Origin: an uncultured Armatimonadia bacterium
Lineage (GTDB): Bacteria; Armatimonadota; Zipacnadia; Zipacnadales; UBA11051
DNA: 64,000 nucleotides
Direction of reading: 5' to 3'
Assembly: GCA_964622325.1 (NCBI GenBank)
Contig: CAZUOJ010000001.1
Coordinates: 65,399 to 129,398 of the forward strand
The stretch's first letter is position 1. Every line of letters begins with the position of its first letter. Position numbers and translations under genes: made by a program. Below, one piece after another: positions 37,365 through 47,484 of this stretch. The notes under the pieces are model-generated. The model was given only the letters and a program-made list of their open reading frames with translations, was not told the origin of the DNA and did no database searches.

Positions 37365-39096
37365 TGAGGAAGTGGCTCATATTTTGAATGAAATTAGCCA
37401 GTTGCTGGCGATATGCGATGAGAATGTTTTCAAAGTGCGCAGCTATGAACGGGCGGCGGAAGCCGTGGCCGGGCTGGCGCGTCCTGTAGCTGAATATGTG
37501 GCCGAAGGCTCCTTGACAACGATTCCGGGCGTGGGCCAGAGCATTGCTGATGTCATTACAGAGCTTATCACAACAGGACAATCTTCTGTACATCAACAGC
37601 TTCTTTCCAGCTGCCCGGCAGGCCTGTTAGAGATGTTGCGTATTCCAGGCTTTGGGCCGCGCAAGGCGGGACAAGTTTATCGCGAATTAGGAATTAGCTC
37701 CGTCGCGGAGCTTGAAGCCGCGGCCCGGGCGGGAAAGCTACGCCATTTAAAGGGCTTTGGCGCCAAGACGGAAGAGAAAATTCTGGCAGGCATCGCTCAG
37801 CTTCACGCAGGCGAAGAGAGGGCTTTGTTAGGCGATGTTCTGCCCGTGGCAGAAGCGTTTGTGGAGCAATTACGAACGCATCCGCTCGTCCAGCAGGCCG
37901 AGATGGCCGGCAGCGCCCGGCGACGGAAGGAAACAATCGGGGATCTGGACATTCTTGCCACTAGCGAAAAGCCCGCCGAAGTTACGCGCTGGTTTGCGCG
38001 AGAAGGAGGGCTGGCCCATGTGGAATTAGCCGGCGATACGAAAGTCAGCGGGCGCACGGAGGCGGGATTGCAAGTGGATTTGCGCGTCGTGCCGCCTCAT
38101 TGTTATGGCGCTGCTCTGCAATATTTTACGGGTTCCATGCAACATAATGTGCGGCTGCGAGAACGAGCGCAAAAACAAGGACTGACAATCAGCGAATATG
38201 GTGTGTTTGAGGGCGAACGTGAAGCCAAAGGAAAGCAAATTGCTGGCGAAACAGAAGAAAGCGTGTATGCGGCTGTAGGCTTGCCGTGGATCCCGCCAGA
38301 ATTACGAGAAGATAGAGGAGAAATTGCCGCCGCCGAAGAAGGGCGCTTGCCCCAATTAATCGCGCTTTCTGATATTCGGGCAGAGCTGCATTTGCATACG
38401 AATGCGAGCGATGGCCGTTTTTCCATCGCCGAAATGGCTGCCGCATGCCAAGAATTAGGCTACAGCTATATGGCTGTGACAGATCATTCGGCCGCACTAG
38501 TCATTGCGAACGGGCTGGATGCCCAGCGCTTACGTGCCCAAATTGACGAAATTAAGGCCTTAAATCAGCAGTTGCCGGACATAACGATCCTGGCGGGCAC
38601 GGAAGCGAATATCCATACTGACGGCTCTGTGGATGTTCCCGAAGAGCTGTGGCCAGAATTAGATATTGTCATCGGCGCCATTCATAGCGGATTCAGCAAG
38701 GACGCAGACAAAATGACTGAACGCCTTGTGAAAGCAATGAAAAGCGGCCGCATAGATATTTTAGCCCATCCCACAGGACGGCTGCTGTTGAGCCGGCAGG
38801 GCTATGAAATTCACATCAAACAGCTTATTGAAGCAGCGGCAGAATATCGTGTGGCTCTGGAAATAAACGCCAATCCTTTACGTCTGGATTTGTCTGATAT
38901 TCACACACGTCTTGCCGTGGAAAATGGCGCCTTGTTAAGCATTAACACAGATGCCCATTCGCGGGACGAATTGTCCCTAATGCGTTATGGGGTTATGACA
39001 GCGCGTCGAGGCTGGGCTGAGCCTAAACATGTCATAAATACATGGCCTCTGGAAAAGCTGCGCGCTTGGCTGCAGGAACGCCGCCGCCTCTTTTAG
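37357..39096 (+). CDS. polX: Family X DNA polymerase with C-terminal PHP (histidinol-phosphatase-like) domain
   Basis: [37 protein letters not shown] is the PolX N-terminal HhH opening. The PHP motifs (…[11 protein letters not shown]…, …AVTDHS…) are in the C-terminal half. It overlaps the recO end by 8 nt. Confidence 0.85.
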
Positions 39097-39130
39097 CGTC
39101 TAAAATCCCAAAAAGCAAAGAAGGCTTTTT

Positions 39131-41053
39131 ATGAAGAAAAATTTGTTCATGCGCAGGATATGCTTGCCTCTGGCGCTTCTTTTAAGCATATGGAGCCAAA
39201 CGCTCTCCCCGCTTCGCGCCGTGCCGGCTGAAACAGTTTCTGTGCTGGCCAACGGCGGATTTGAGGAGGGGCTAAAAGGCTGGGAGAGTATGGAAATGGC
39301 CATGGCGGACAATGTATTTGCGGCCGATGAATCTGTGAAGCGCACGGGGAAGGCTTCTTTGCATGTGAAGCCGCAAACGGCGACGCAATGGCCCTGGATA
39401 TGCCAAAAAATTGCGAATGTTGACGCAGGCGCCACATATGAGTTGCGTGTATGGGCCTGGGCGCAGGGGAATGCAGCGCTTGCAGCGCCCAGCACATATG
39501 TGGCGATTAAGCTGGAATTCATAAATGCGGCCGGAAAGATAGTGGAAGCCCGAACACGCCGCCAGCTTATCATGCCCCAAGAATGGCAACAACTGAGCCT
39601 TTCAGCTCAGGCTCCGCTCGAAACTGTCTCAGCCAGTGTTTATATTCGGATTATGGGCGCCGCGGAAATCTGGCTGGATGATGTGGAGCTGCGACAGACA
39701 CAGCCGGCTCCTGCTTTGTGGCTGGAGCCGCAAAGATGGGCGCTGCCTTCTCATGAAGCGCGTACTGTCTCGCTTTCCCTTCAGGCATTGACGGAGATTG
39801 AAGACGAAGCAAAGGCAGAGGCTGTATTGATTGGGCCTGCCGGTAAGCCTGTGAAAGCTGTTTCCGGCGAGCTGAAGCGGCAGGATAAACAGCGCTGGGC
39901 GGGAGAATTTTCCGTGCCGGCTCTCGCTCCGGGGCGTTATATCTGGCGTGTCAAAATAGGGGAGAGAACAGCTCAAAGCACGCTTTTTGTAGCCATTAAG
40001 GAACGACAGCCAAAATGTCTTAATGAACGCGGCGCCTTTGTGCCCATAGAGGGACAGCCCGTGTTCCCCATTGGCATTTATCATGCCGTCATTGCCGATT
40101 ATAAAATGCTGGCAGAGCAGGGCTTTAATGCCGTGCAGGGGCCAGCCACAAATGATGTGCGGCTGCTTCAAGCCGCCGTCAAGGAGGCAGAACAACAAAG
40201 GCTCTATCTTGCCATTCCCCTCCATTTACGGGGGCTTGTCCGAGCTAATCTGAAGGCTTCTTTAGATAAAATACAATATTTCCGCAAATCTTCTGCCATT
40301 TTAAGCTGGAAAATGGCTGAGGAGCCAGAACAAAGCTCTATTATTGTTGAGGAAATCGTAGAAGCCTATAGCCAGATGAAACAACAGGATAAAAAACGCT
40401 TTTTTGAGCTTGCCGTCAGCAATCCCGACAGTGTGGAATTCTGGGCACATTTTTGCGATGGGCTGCAGATTGTGGCTTTTCCCCACGCCTTAAGTCAGTC
40501 TCTGGCCACTTTAAGCGATTGTCTGGCGCAAGCCCAAAAGGCTTTACAGCCCTGGCAGCATCTTTCAGTGCTGTTGCCTGCAGGCTATCGGGCGGGAGAA
40601 ATTGTGCAGCCCACGCCTGGGCAGGCGCGCTTAATGGCTTATTTGGCGATTATTGGAGGAGCAAAAGGAATTTGGTGGTATGCGCTGCGGGATAGCGATT
40701 GGAAACTTATGGATACGGAATTGTGGCCTTTTCTCAAGCAGCTTAACAGTGAAATATCTGCTTTAGGAAAAGCGGCAATCAATTCAATAAGAATTGCCGA
40801 AGACGGAGAAAATCCCAAATTGAAAAAAGCTGTGTGGCGCCACAATCATAAGCTTTTTGTGGCTGTAGCAAATCCAGAAGAAGAGACACAGGCAGATGTG
40901 TTAAAGCTTGGGGAGGCTATTGGCTCAGAGATAAAAATAGAACAGGGGCCTGTACAAGCAGAGATTCAGGAGGGCAAATTACATATCAGTCTTCCGGCCC
41001 GGGAAGCGGGCTGGCTTACAATTTCGCTGTCTTCATCGTCTGCGCAGCCTTAA
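39131..41053 (+). CDS. Secreted carbohydrate-binding-module (CBM4/9-like) protein with a C-terminal putative glycoside-hydrolase-like barrel
   Basis: It has a signal peptide (MKKNLFMRRICLPLALLLSIWSQTLSPLRA). …ANGGFEEGLKGWESMEM… is the N-terminal motif of CBM_4_9 modules. The C-terminal region (…AYLAIIGGAKGIWWYALRD…) looks TIM-barrel-like. No family can be assigned by eye. Confidence 0.5.
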   Translation: MKKNLFMRRICLPLALLLSIWSQTLSPLRAVPAETVSVLANGGFEEGLKGWESMEMAMADNVFAADESVKRTGKASLHVKPQTATQWPWICQKIANVDAGATYELRVWAWAQGNAALAAPSTYVAIKLEFINAAGKIVEARTRRQLIMPQEWQQLSLSAQAPLETVSASVYIRIMGAAEIWLDDVELRQTQPAPALWLEPQRWALPSHEARTVSLSLQALTEIEDEAKAEAVLIGPAGKPVKAVSGELKRQDKQRWAGEFSVPALAPGRYIWRVKIGERTAQSTLFVAIKERQPKCLNERGAFVPIEGQPVFPIGIYHAVIADYKMLAEQGFNAVQGPATNDVRLLQAAVKEAEQQRLYLAIPLHLRGLVRANLKASLDKIQYFRKSSAILSWKMAEEPEQSSIIVEEIVEAYSQMKQQDKKRFFELAVSNPDSVEFWAHFCDGLQIVAFPHALSQSLATLSDCLAQAQKALQPWQHLSVLLPAGYRAGEIVQPTPGQARLMAYLAIIGGAKGIWWYALRDSDWKLMDTELWPFLKQLNSEISALGKAAINSIRIAEDGENPKLKKAVWRHNHKLFVAVANPEEETQADVLKLGEAIGSEIKIEQGPVQAEIQEGKLHISLPAREAGWLTISLSSSSAQP

Positions 41054-41309
41054 CACAGATGTGTTTTGTTAAGGAAGAATGGAAGAAAAGCAGGCTTTAG
41101 GGCGGCAGCTTTACAAATAGCCCGATTTTTTGTTATACTAAATATGCCAAGCATGTGGCTGCAGCTCAGATAGAAGCCGTCCCGGCTCTGTCTTGGCTGA
41201 AAGCAAGGGGAGCTCGCGTAAGGCGAGAGCCCGCCGCGGCTCAAGCGATTATAACGCTAGCCTTTTTAGAAACAAAAATCGCTTTGAGCCGGGAAGGCAT
41301 GCTGGCGAA

Positions 41310-41338
41310 GGGCCTCTTTTAAGGACAAAGAGAGGCCC
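41310..41338 (+). promoter_or_regulatory. 5'-leader hairpin immediately upstream of the rpsO RBS (candidate S15 autoregulatory operator)
   Basis: A perfect 8-bp stem GGGCCTCT/AGAGGCCC with a 13-nt loop lies 6 nt before GGGAAGGAG and 28 nt before the rpsO ATG. Confidence 0.3.
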
Positions 41339-41365
41339 GAAATGGGAAGGAGAAGCAGAAATTAA

Positions 41366-41632
41366 ATGCTTGACAAACAGGACAAGGCTGAAATTATCAA
41401 AAAATTCGCCACGAAAGAAGGCGACACGGGATCGCCGGAAGTACAAGTTGCTCTTTTAACAGCCCGGATTGAATATCTCACAAAACATTTGCAAGAGCAC
41501 AAAAAGGATCATCATTCGCGGCGTGGCTTGCTGAAGCTAGTGGGGCAGCGACGCCGCCTGTTGAATTATCTGCGCAATAAGGATATTGATCGATACAGGG
41601 CGTTGCTGGCCCAATTAGGCTTGCGCCGATAA
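41366..41632 (+). CDS. rpsO: 30S ribosomal protein S15
   Basis: [88 protein letters not shown] is a full-length S15 match. Confidence 0.9.
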   Translation: MLDKQDKAEIIKKFATKEGDTGSPEVQVALLTARIEYLTKHLQEHKKDHHSRRGLLKLVGQRRRLLNYLRNKDIDRYRALLAQLGLRR

Positions 41633-41673
41633 AAGAGAAAACGCTCATGCGGTTTGGCAGGATTATGCGAACG

Positions 41674-41715
41674 AAAGCTACGCTTCCGATGGAGGCGTAG
41701 CTTTGTTGCTTTGGC
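41674..41715 (+). terminator. Hairpin after rpsO (partial terminator / processing site between rpsO and pnp)
   Basis: A perfect 10-bp stem AAAGCTACGC/GCGTAGCTTT with an 11-nt loop begins 42 nt after the rpsO stop. It is followed by GTTGCTTTGG, a weak U tract. Confidence 0.4.
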
Positions 41716-41935
41716 AATTTGAGGCTAGTTGAATTTTTAGCCCAACAACTATAAGCAGCAGAACGAGGTTGACGGAAGGACGGGGAAACAGAGAAAGTGG
41801 AGACGCTCATTTGTTCCTTTTGACATTCAGCGCAGGGGGAAATTGCGGCGAGTTTAGGGATTTGAGCGCAGGCTTCTCCCCTTTCCCTGCTTCCTCTCCC
41901 TTTCGCCTCCTCGTTCTGCCAAGGGAGGCAAAGCT

Positions 41936-44176
41936 ATGATTCATGAAATATCTGTTGAATTTGCCGGCCGACCAATAAAGTTTCAGGTCGGCAAGCTGGC
42001 GCAATTGGCCGATGCGTCTTTAGTTGTCACATACGGCGAGACAATGGTGCTGGCGACATGCGGCGTGACGCCAGAGCCTGTGGAGGCGGATTTTTTGCCT
42101 CTGCGCGTGGATTTTGAAGAAAAGATGTATGCTGTGGGGCGGATTCCCGGGGGATTTTTCAAACGCGAAGGGCGTCCTTCGGACGAAGCCGTTATTGTAT
42201 CCCGCAAGATTGATCGGCCGATCCGGCCGCTTTTGCCGTCAGGATTACGGCATGAAGTGCAAGTGATTGTCACGCCGCTTTCGGCTGAAAATGAAAATGT
42301 CGTGGATGTAGTGGCGATGATCGCAGGGGCAGCCGCTGTGCATTTGTCCAGCGCGCCCTTTGATGGCCCTGTGGCGGCGGCGCGAGTGGCCTATTTGAAC
42401 GGCGAATTTATCGTCAATCCCAGCTATGAGCAGTGTTGCCAGGCGAAGCTGGATATCGTGGTGGCGGTGGGGCCATATGGGATTGTGCAAATTGAGATGC
42501 AGGGGGATCAAGCTGATGAGGAGCTGATCGTGCAAGCCCTGAAGCTGGCGGAAGAAGCCTGTGCTCCCGTACAAGCGGCCTTGGAGGAGCTGCGCCAGCT
42601 GGCCGGCAAGCCCAAACGGGAGATGTTTATCTGGGAGCCGCGCCCGGAAATTGTTACGCTTGTAAAAGACAATTATGCTTCCCGCATTTGCGAGATTGTA
42701 TTAAATGCAGACAAGCTGGATCGGCAAACACGATTGGAGGCTTTGCAAAAAGAAATTGTTTCGGAATTGGCCGAACAATATGAAAAGCCGGAGCCCGATG
42801 TGCAGGCTGCTTTTGAGCTTGTCATCAAGGATTATTTGAAATATCTGGCTTTCCAGGAACAGCGGCGGGCAGATGGGCGCGGCCTGCACGAAATTCGGCC
42901 TGTCAGCGCAGAAGTGGGCTTGCTGCCCCGCGCTCATGGCTCAGGCCTGTTCACACGCGGCCTTACGCAAGTGCTTACAGTGACGACATTAGGCGCTGTC
43001 AGCGATCAGCGTCTTGTGCGCACACTGGAAGAGGAAGAATACAAGCGCTTTATGCATCATTATAACTTTCCGCCTTTTTCCACAGGAGAAGTGCGTCCTC
43101 TGCGGCCTGCCGGCCGCCGGGAAATCGGCCATGGAATGCTTGTGACAAAAGCTCTGGAGCGTGTGCTGCCTCCGGAAGATGAATTCCCCTATACAATTCG
43201 TCTTGTCTCGGAAGTTCTGCAGGCGAACGCTTCCACTTCTATGGCCGCTGTATGTGGCTCCACATTGGCGTTAATGGATGCGGGCGTGCCCATCAAAGCG
43301 CCCGTCGCCGGCATATCCATTGGCCTGATCCAAAGCGATAACGATTATCGGCTGATTGTGGATCTGGAAGCCATAGAGGATTTTATGGGCGAAATGGATT
43401 TGAAAGTTGCCGGCACACGCGAGGGCGTGAACGCCATTCAGATGGATACGAAGACAAAGGGCGTCACAGCGGAGCTCCTCGCCGAGGGGCTGCAGCTGGC
43501 CAAAGAGGCGCGACTGAAAGTGCTGGATGTAATGGCGGAAGCCATTCCTTATCCGCGCCCGGAACTATCACGCTATGCGCCGCGAATGATGTCATTGACA
43601 ATCAATCGGGATCAGATTGGCCTGCTGATCGGGCCGGGCGGACGCAATATCCGGCGTTTGCAGGATGAATATGATGTCACGATTGATATTGAGGATGATG
43701 GCACTGTATTAATCTTCGGCTCCGATCCGGAAAAAGTGGAACAGACGCGTCAGATTATTTACGATCTTACACGGGAAATTCAAATCGGGGAAATTTTTGA
43801 GGGCAAAGTCATTGGCATAACAGATTTCGGCGCCTTTGTGGAAATTCTCCCCGGACGCGATGGGCTTGTGCATATCTCGCATCTTTCCTGGGATCGTGTA
43901 GGCAAGACAGAGGATGTGGTGCGAGTGGGGGACACAATTCGCGTGAAAGTTATTGATGTGGATGCCGAAGGGCGTATCCGCTTGAGCCATAAAGAGCTGT
44001 TGCCGAAGCCCAGCGAAGGCGGCCGGCGCGATAGCCGCCCTGACGGCCGGGGCGGAGGAGCCGGCAGCGCTCGCGGAGGCAGCAGCGCCAGCACGCCCGG
44101 ACGCGGCAGTGGACGCCCCTCGGATTTTGGCGCCAGCGATCGGCCCAAGCCCTATTTCCGTAAAAAAGGCGAATAA
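41936..44176 (+). CDS. pnp: Polyribonucleotide nucleotidyltransferase (PNPase)
   Basis: It has two RNase PH domains, KH (…INRDQIGLLIGPGGRNIRRLQ…) and S1 (…GEIFEGKVIGITDFGAFVEILPGRDGLVHISHLS…). A Gly/Arg-rich C-terminal tail is present. It follows rpsO as in most bacteria. Confidence 0.9.
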   Translation: MIHEISVEFAGRPIKFQVGKLAQLADASLVVTYGETMVLATCGVTPEPVEADFLPLRVDFEEKMYAVGRIPGGFFKREGRPSDEAVIVSRKIDRPIRPLLPSGLRHEVQVIVTPLSAENENVVDVVAMIAGAAAVHLSSAPFDGPVAAARVAYLNGEFIVNPSYEQCCQAKLDIVVAVGPYGIVQIEMQGDQADEELIVQALKLAEEACAPVQAALEELRQLAGKPKREMFIWEPRPEIVTLVKDNYASRICEIVLNADKLDRQTRLEALQKEIVSELAEQYEKPEPDVQAAFELVIKDYLKYLAFQEQRRADGRGLHEIRPVSAEVGLLPRAHGSGLFTRGLTQVLTVTTLGAVSDQRLVRTLEEEEYKRFMHHYNFPPFSTGEVRPLRPAGRREIGHGMLVTKALERVLPPEDEFPYTIRLVSEVLQANASTSMAAVCGSTLALMDAGVPIKAPVAGISIGLIQSDNDYRLIVDLEAIEDFMGEMDLKVAGTREGVNAIQMDTKTKGVTAELLAEGLQLAKEARLKVLDVMAEAIPYPRPELSRYAPRMMSLTINRDQIGLLIGPGGRNIRRLQDEYDVTIDIEDDGTVLIFGSDPEKVEQTRQIIYDLTREIQIGEIFEGKVIGITDFGAFVEILPGRDGLVHISHLSWDRVGKTEDVVRVGDTIRVKVIDVDAEGRIRLSHKELLPKPSEGGRRDSRPDGRGGGAGSARGGSSASTPGRGSGRPSDFGASDRPKPYFRKKGE

Positions 44177-44194
44177 ATGCGTTCGTCTTGTAAT

Positions 44195-44236
44195 AATAGC
44201 CGCAGCCTTATTGAAGGCTGTGGCTATTATTTTCAG
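44195..44236 (+). terminator. Rho-independent terminator of pnp
   Basis: A 13-bp stem AATAGCCGCAGCC / GGCTGTGGCTATT (one G·U) with an 8-nt loop is followed by ATTTTCAG. It lies 19 nt after the pnp stop. Confidence 0.5.
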
Positions 44237-44429
44237 CTTCGGATTGTATTCTATTTTCAATCTAACAAGCTGGAGATTTTCTACGATAGGCTTCTTTGGC
44301 TTGTCGCGTAGATAAGAAATCGGCAGTTGAAGGAATACGCAGCGGAAACAATAAAGAAAGAAAAGTGTTGTCCTAAATAGTCACAAATAAATGTAATCAG
44401 AGCTCCAGCCTTTATAAAGTTGTTTTGCG

Positions 44430-45329
44430 ATGATGTATTGGCGCCGAAAGTGTTTGTTGTTGTTTCTTTTTCTGTTGTTTTGCAGTTGGCTGTTTGTGAC
44501 GCCCTATCAGCCGTCTTCAAAGCTTCGTAGCAGGAGTTCCGCCTCTTCGCCACAAATGCTTTCCGCGTCGCCTCCTGCCGAGGGAATAGCGGCAGCGGCG
44601 ATGATGTTCTCTTTCCCTGTTTTTCGCAATTCACAGCGACAGCGAAGCCTTCATGTTGCGCGCACATGGGAGTTGATTGGCGGCGTAGGCGTCAATGTAG
44701 TCCGGATTAATGTTCAGGCGGCACAGGTGCGCGTGATTCCGGGCTTCGCTGCCCAGGCCGATCCCCGCCGAGGCTATTTTCCGCGGGAGAACTTTTATCG
44801 CATTGTACAGCGCTATCAGCCGCGTGTAGCAATTAACGGCACATATTTTCATTTGCTTAATGGACAGCCGACGGGGCCGATTGTGCGCCACGGGCAATTT
44901 CTATACGATGGGCGCTGGGGCACCACAATTTGTTTTGATGAGCAGGGCCACATTTCTTTTCGTTTTCAAAGTGGCATATATGGGCGCCATCGGGGCTGGG
45001 CCGGCGTCAGCAACGCCATCAGCACAGGCCCCACGCTCGTGCGCGATGGACAGCTGTGGCTGCAGCCCCGCCGCGAAGGCTTTCGGGATCCGGCGATTTT
45101 TCGCCGCGCCCGGCGCAGCGCCATCGGCTTAACACACAATAATCGGCTTGTGCTTGTCACAATCCATACGCCAATCACGCTTAATAAGCTCGCGCACATT
45201 ATGTTGCGCCTCCATTGTCGGCATGCGGCAAATTTAGACGGCGGCGCTTCCAGTGCTTTATATTGTAATGGAGTTTTTGTGACAACGCCGCAGCGCAAGC
45301 TGAGCAATGTGCTGCTCGTATATGATTGA
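44430..45329 (+). CDS. Secreted phosphodiester glycosidase-family protein (DUF2233/NAGPA-like)
   Basis: It has a signal anchor (CLLLFLFLLFCSWLFV). …RVAINGTYFHLLNGQPTGPIVRHGQFLYDG… and …NLDGGASSALYCNG… are the conserved motifs of phosphodiester glycosidases ('uncovering enzyme' homologues). Confidence 0.55.
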   Translation: MMYWRRKCLLLFLFLLFCSWLFVTPYQPSSKLRSRSSASSPQMLSASPPAEGIAAAAMMFSFPVFRNSQRQRSLHVARTWELIGGVGVNVVRINVQAAQVRVIPGFAAQADPRRGYFPRENFYRIVQRYQPRVAINGTYFHLLNGQPTGPIVRHGQFLYDGRWGTTICFDEQGHISFRFQSGIYGRHRGWAGVSNAISTGPTLVRDGQLWLQPRREGFRDPAIFRRARRSAIGLTHNNRLVLVTIHTPITLNKLAHIMLRLHCRHAANLDGGASSALYCNGVFVTTPQRKLSNVLLVYD

Positions 45330-45535
45330 GCAATTATAATTTGCCGCTTTCGCCAAGCAGCCTCAAAAGCTGCTTTATTCATTATGCCCTCGAATTGCCA
45401 AGCTGATTTCCGCTCTATTGAGGCAAATTGTTCCGAAACAGGGGCCCAGAGCAGGCTGGAGCGAAACAAAGGCCAACATTGTGTCAGTAGCCTCTGCTTG
45501 CGCCTTACAAGGCGAAAGCCCCGGGCAAAATAGGC

Positions 45536-47323
45536 TTAAGAGTCAAGATAGCGGAGAATAGCTGCTATGACGCGTTGCGTCGCCTGCCCATCCAGGGGGC
45601 CCAGATGAAGACGCAAAAAATGAGCGCGTGCCGTGGCGAGATTATGTGGCATCGCAGCATCTGTTAGCACAGCTTCAATCGCAGGGGCGATGTCCTCATA
45701 TTTATACACGCCCAAGGCCCCGCCAGTGGCGGCATAAGGCAATTCTTCGTCCCATTCCGACAGATTGACTGTGATCACGGGCTTTTGCAGTATATTGGCT
45801 TCAAAAACGACGGTCGAATCGCGCGTAATCATCAAATCAGATGCCGCCAGCAATTCAGACAGAGGCCATTGGCCATGGGGGACAAGCACAACAAAATCAT
45901 CGCGTGAAGATAACAGCTGACGATAGAGACGGATATTGTGCGGCGTATCTGAAGGATGGAGCTTGATCACAAGCCGCGCGCGTAAATGCCGACAGACACG
46001 GGCTATTTCTGCCAGCCACCACTGATGGCGTTGATAATATAAATGCTCATTATATTGCGTGCACAGGACTATCAGCGCCCGAACATGGCGCCGCAGGCTC
46101 TGGATTTCCGGGCGGGGCGTGGGGGGCTTTTGCTCATTGTCGTACAATGGATGGCCTGTAATTCTCACATTGAGCTCAGGCGCGGCGCGCGCCAATATCT
46201 CTTTTGCATATTCGCCAAAAACAAACATCTCATCATACGGCAAATAGGGAAGCGCTAAATAGCGCGGGCCAATGACGCCATGTTGCAGACACAAAACGGG
46301 AATATGCAAACGCTTCGCCGCTATAATCAAAGGCGCGAGGTCCGGATTATAAAGATGAAATCCACACACGACTTTCGGCTTTAAAATCTCAAGAGCCTTA
46401 TAGGCGGCGCGGCCAAGAAGCCATTGCTTGATATAGTCCCGCAAAAGTGTGATAAGCAGCCGCTGCTGCAACGCCTTACGATGCCCCTGGGGCAAATTAG
46501 CTTCCATAGCCTCCGTGGCCTGTGAGGCAATATGGGGAGCCTGTTTGAATATTTGTATTAGGAGAGGCCTGGCTTCCAGGATATCGCTGGGCTGCAAAAA
46601 AGCGGCCCAGGGGGAAAAAGGCAGTTGATGTTCTCGCAAACGTTCACGAGAGCCATGAAAGTCATAATCGATAATGTGGGCAGAAAGGCGTTGTTTTTTA
46701 AGATGAGCCTCCAGATAGGCAATTAAATCCACAGCCGAGGCTCCTGCCGCCAAAAAGAGCACATCACAGGGGTCAAGAACAGAATCAAATTGTGAAGACT
46801 CAAGCTGTGATTTTATGGCGTTAAGAATAGCGGTTCCCTGTCGGCGCGCCCAAAAAGGAACAATTCGTTCTCGAACAGCATGCAGCCACGCAGGGATTTG
46901 GGAACGAACAGAAAAGCCTTGCGCAGCTAAAATGTCCTTCATCGCCAGCTGTAGATCTGTGCGCCACGTCCACCACAAAGGGCTGCGCCAGCTTTCAACA
47001 AGAAACGCTTCATTTTCTTGAGGAGCCTCACACGCCGCTTGCTGTGCAATGTGCGCATTCACAAGCAAAGGGCCCACAGAATAGAGCGCGAACCAGCCAG
47101 CATAAGCCTCCCAAAAATCTTGTAATTCGGGAGGCAAGGCCTCGCCCAGCATCTGCGCCAGCGCTTGGGCTTGATGATTGATCTTGGCCACATTCTCCCG
47201 AACAAGGGAATGTTCGGGCAGGCGCGAATAGGCAGCCTCAATGAGCCCGGGCAAAGCCTGGATACATTTGTCGAGGGGCTTATGGCGTTGACATGCGATT
47301 TGAGGCGCTTGAAAAATCAGCAT
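45536..47323 (-). CDS. TagB/TagF-like CDP-glycerol glycerophosphotransferase-family protein (surface glycopolymer synthesis)
   Basis: The C-terminal …LVIKLHPSDTP…DLMITRDSTVVFEANILQKPVITVN resembles the TagF-family motif K-x-H-P … D-x-L-I-T-D-Y-S-S-V-x-F-D-F … K-P-x-I. The N-terminal half is unassigned. Confidence 0.45.
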   Translation of the reverse strand: MLIFQAPQIACQRHKPLDKCIQALPGLIEAAYSRLPEHSLVRENVAKINHQAQALAQMLGEALPPELQDFWEAYAGWFALYSVGPLLVNAHIAQQAACEAPQENEAFLVESWRSPLWWTWRTDLQLAMKDILAAQGFSVRSQIPAWLHAVRERIVPFWARRQGTAILNAIKSQLESSQFDSVLDPCDVLFLAAGASAVDLIAYLEAHLKKQRLSAHIIDYDFHGSRERLREHQLPFSPWAAFLQPSDILEARPLLIQIFKQAPHIASQATEAMEANLPQGHRKALQQRLLITLLRDYIKQWLLGRAAYKALEILKPKVVCGFHLYNPDLAPLIIAAKRLHIPVLCLQHGVIGPRYLALPYLPYDEMFVFGEYAKEILARAAPELNVRITGHPLYDNEQKPPTPRPEIQSLRRHVRALIVLCTQYNEHLYYQRHQWWLAEIARVCRHLRARLVIKLHPSDTPHNIRLYRQLLSSRDDFVVLVPHGQWPLSELLAASDLMITRDSTVVFEANILQKPVITVNLSEWDEELPYAATGGALGVYKYEDIAPAIEAVLTDAAMPHNLATARAHFLRLHLGPLDGQATQRVIAAILRYLDS

Positions 47324-47484
47324 TTTGCTGTCCAGTGCGAAACTTTAAGAGACAGACAACAAGGCACAAAGAGGCAATTGATGGCCGTTTTGCCGTCTTT
47401 GTCTTTCCTTATAAAAGCCCCAATATGAAAAAATTGCAGCTGGCGCGCAAGAGCAAGATAAGAAAGATTAGATTTGCCTCTTAT

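Noticed and set aside
41193-41459. 88-aa ORF overlapping the rpsO leader and start
   Set aside because: It is out of frame with rpsO and has an Arg/Lys-rich translation. The region is better explained as a structured 5' leader.
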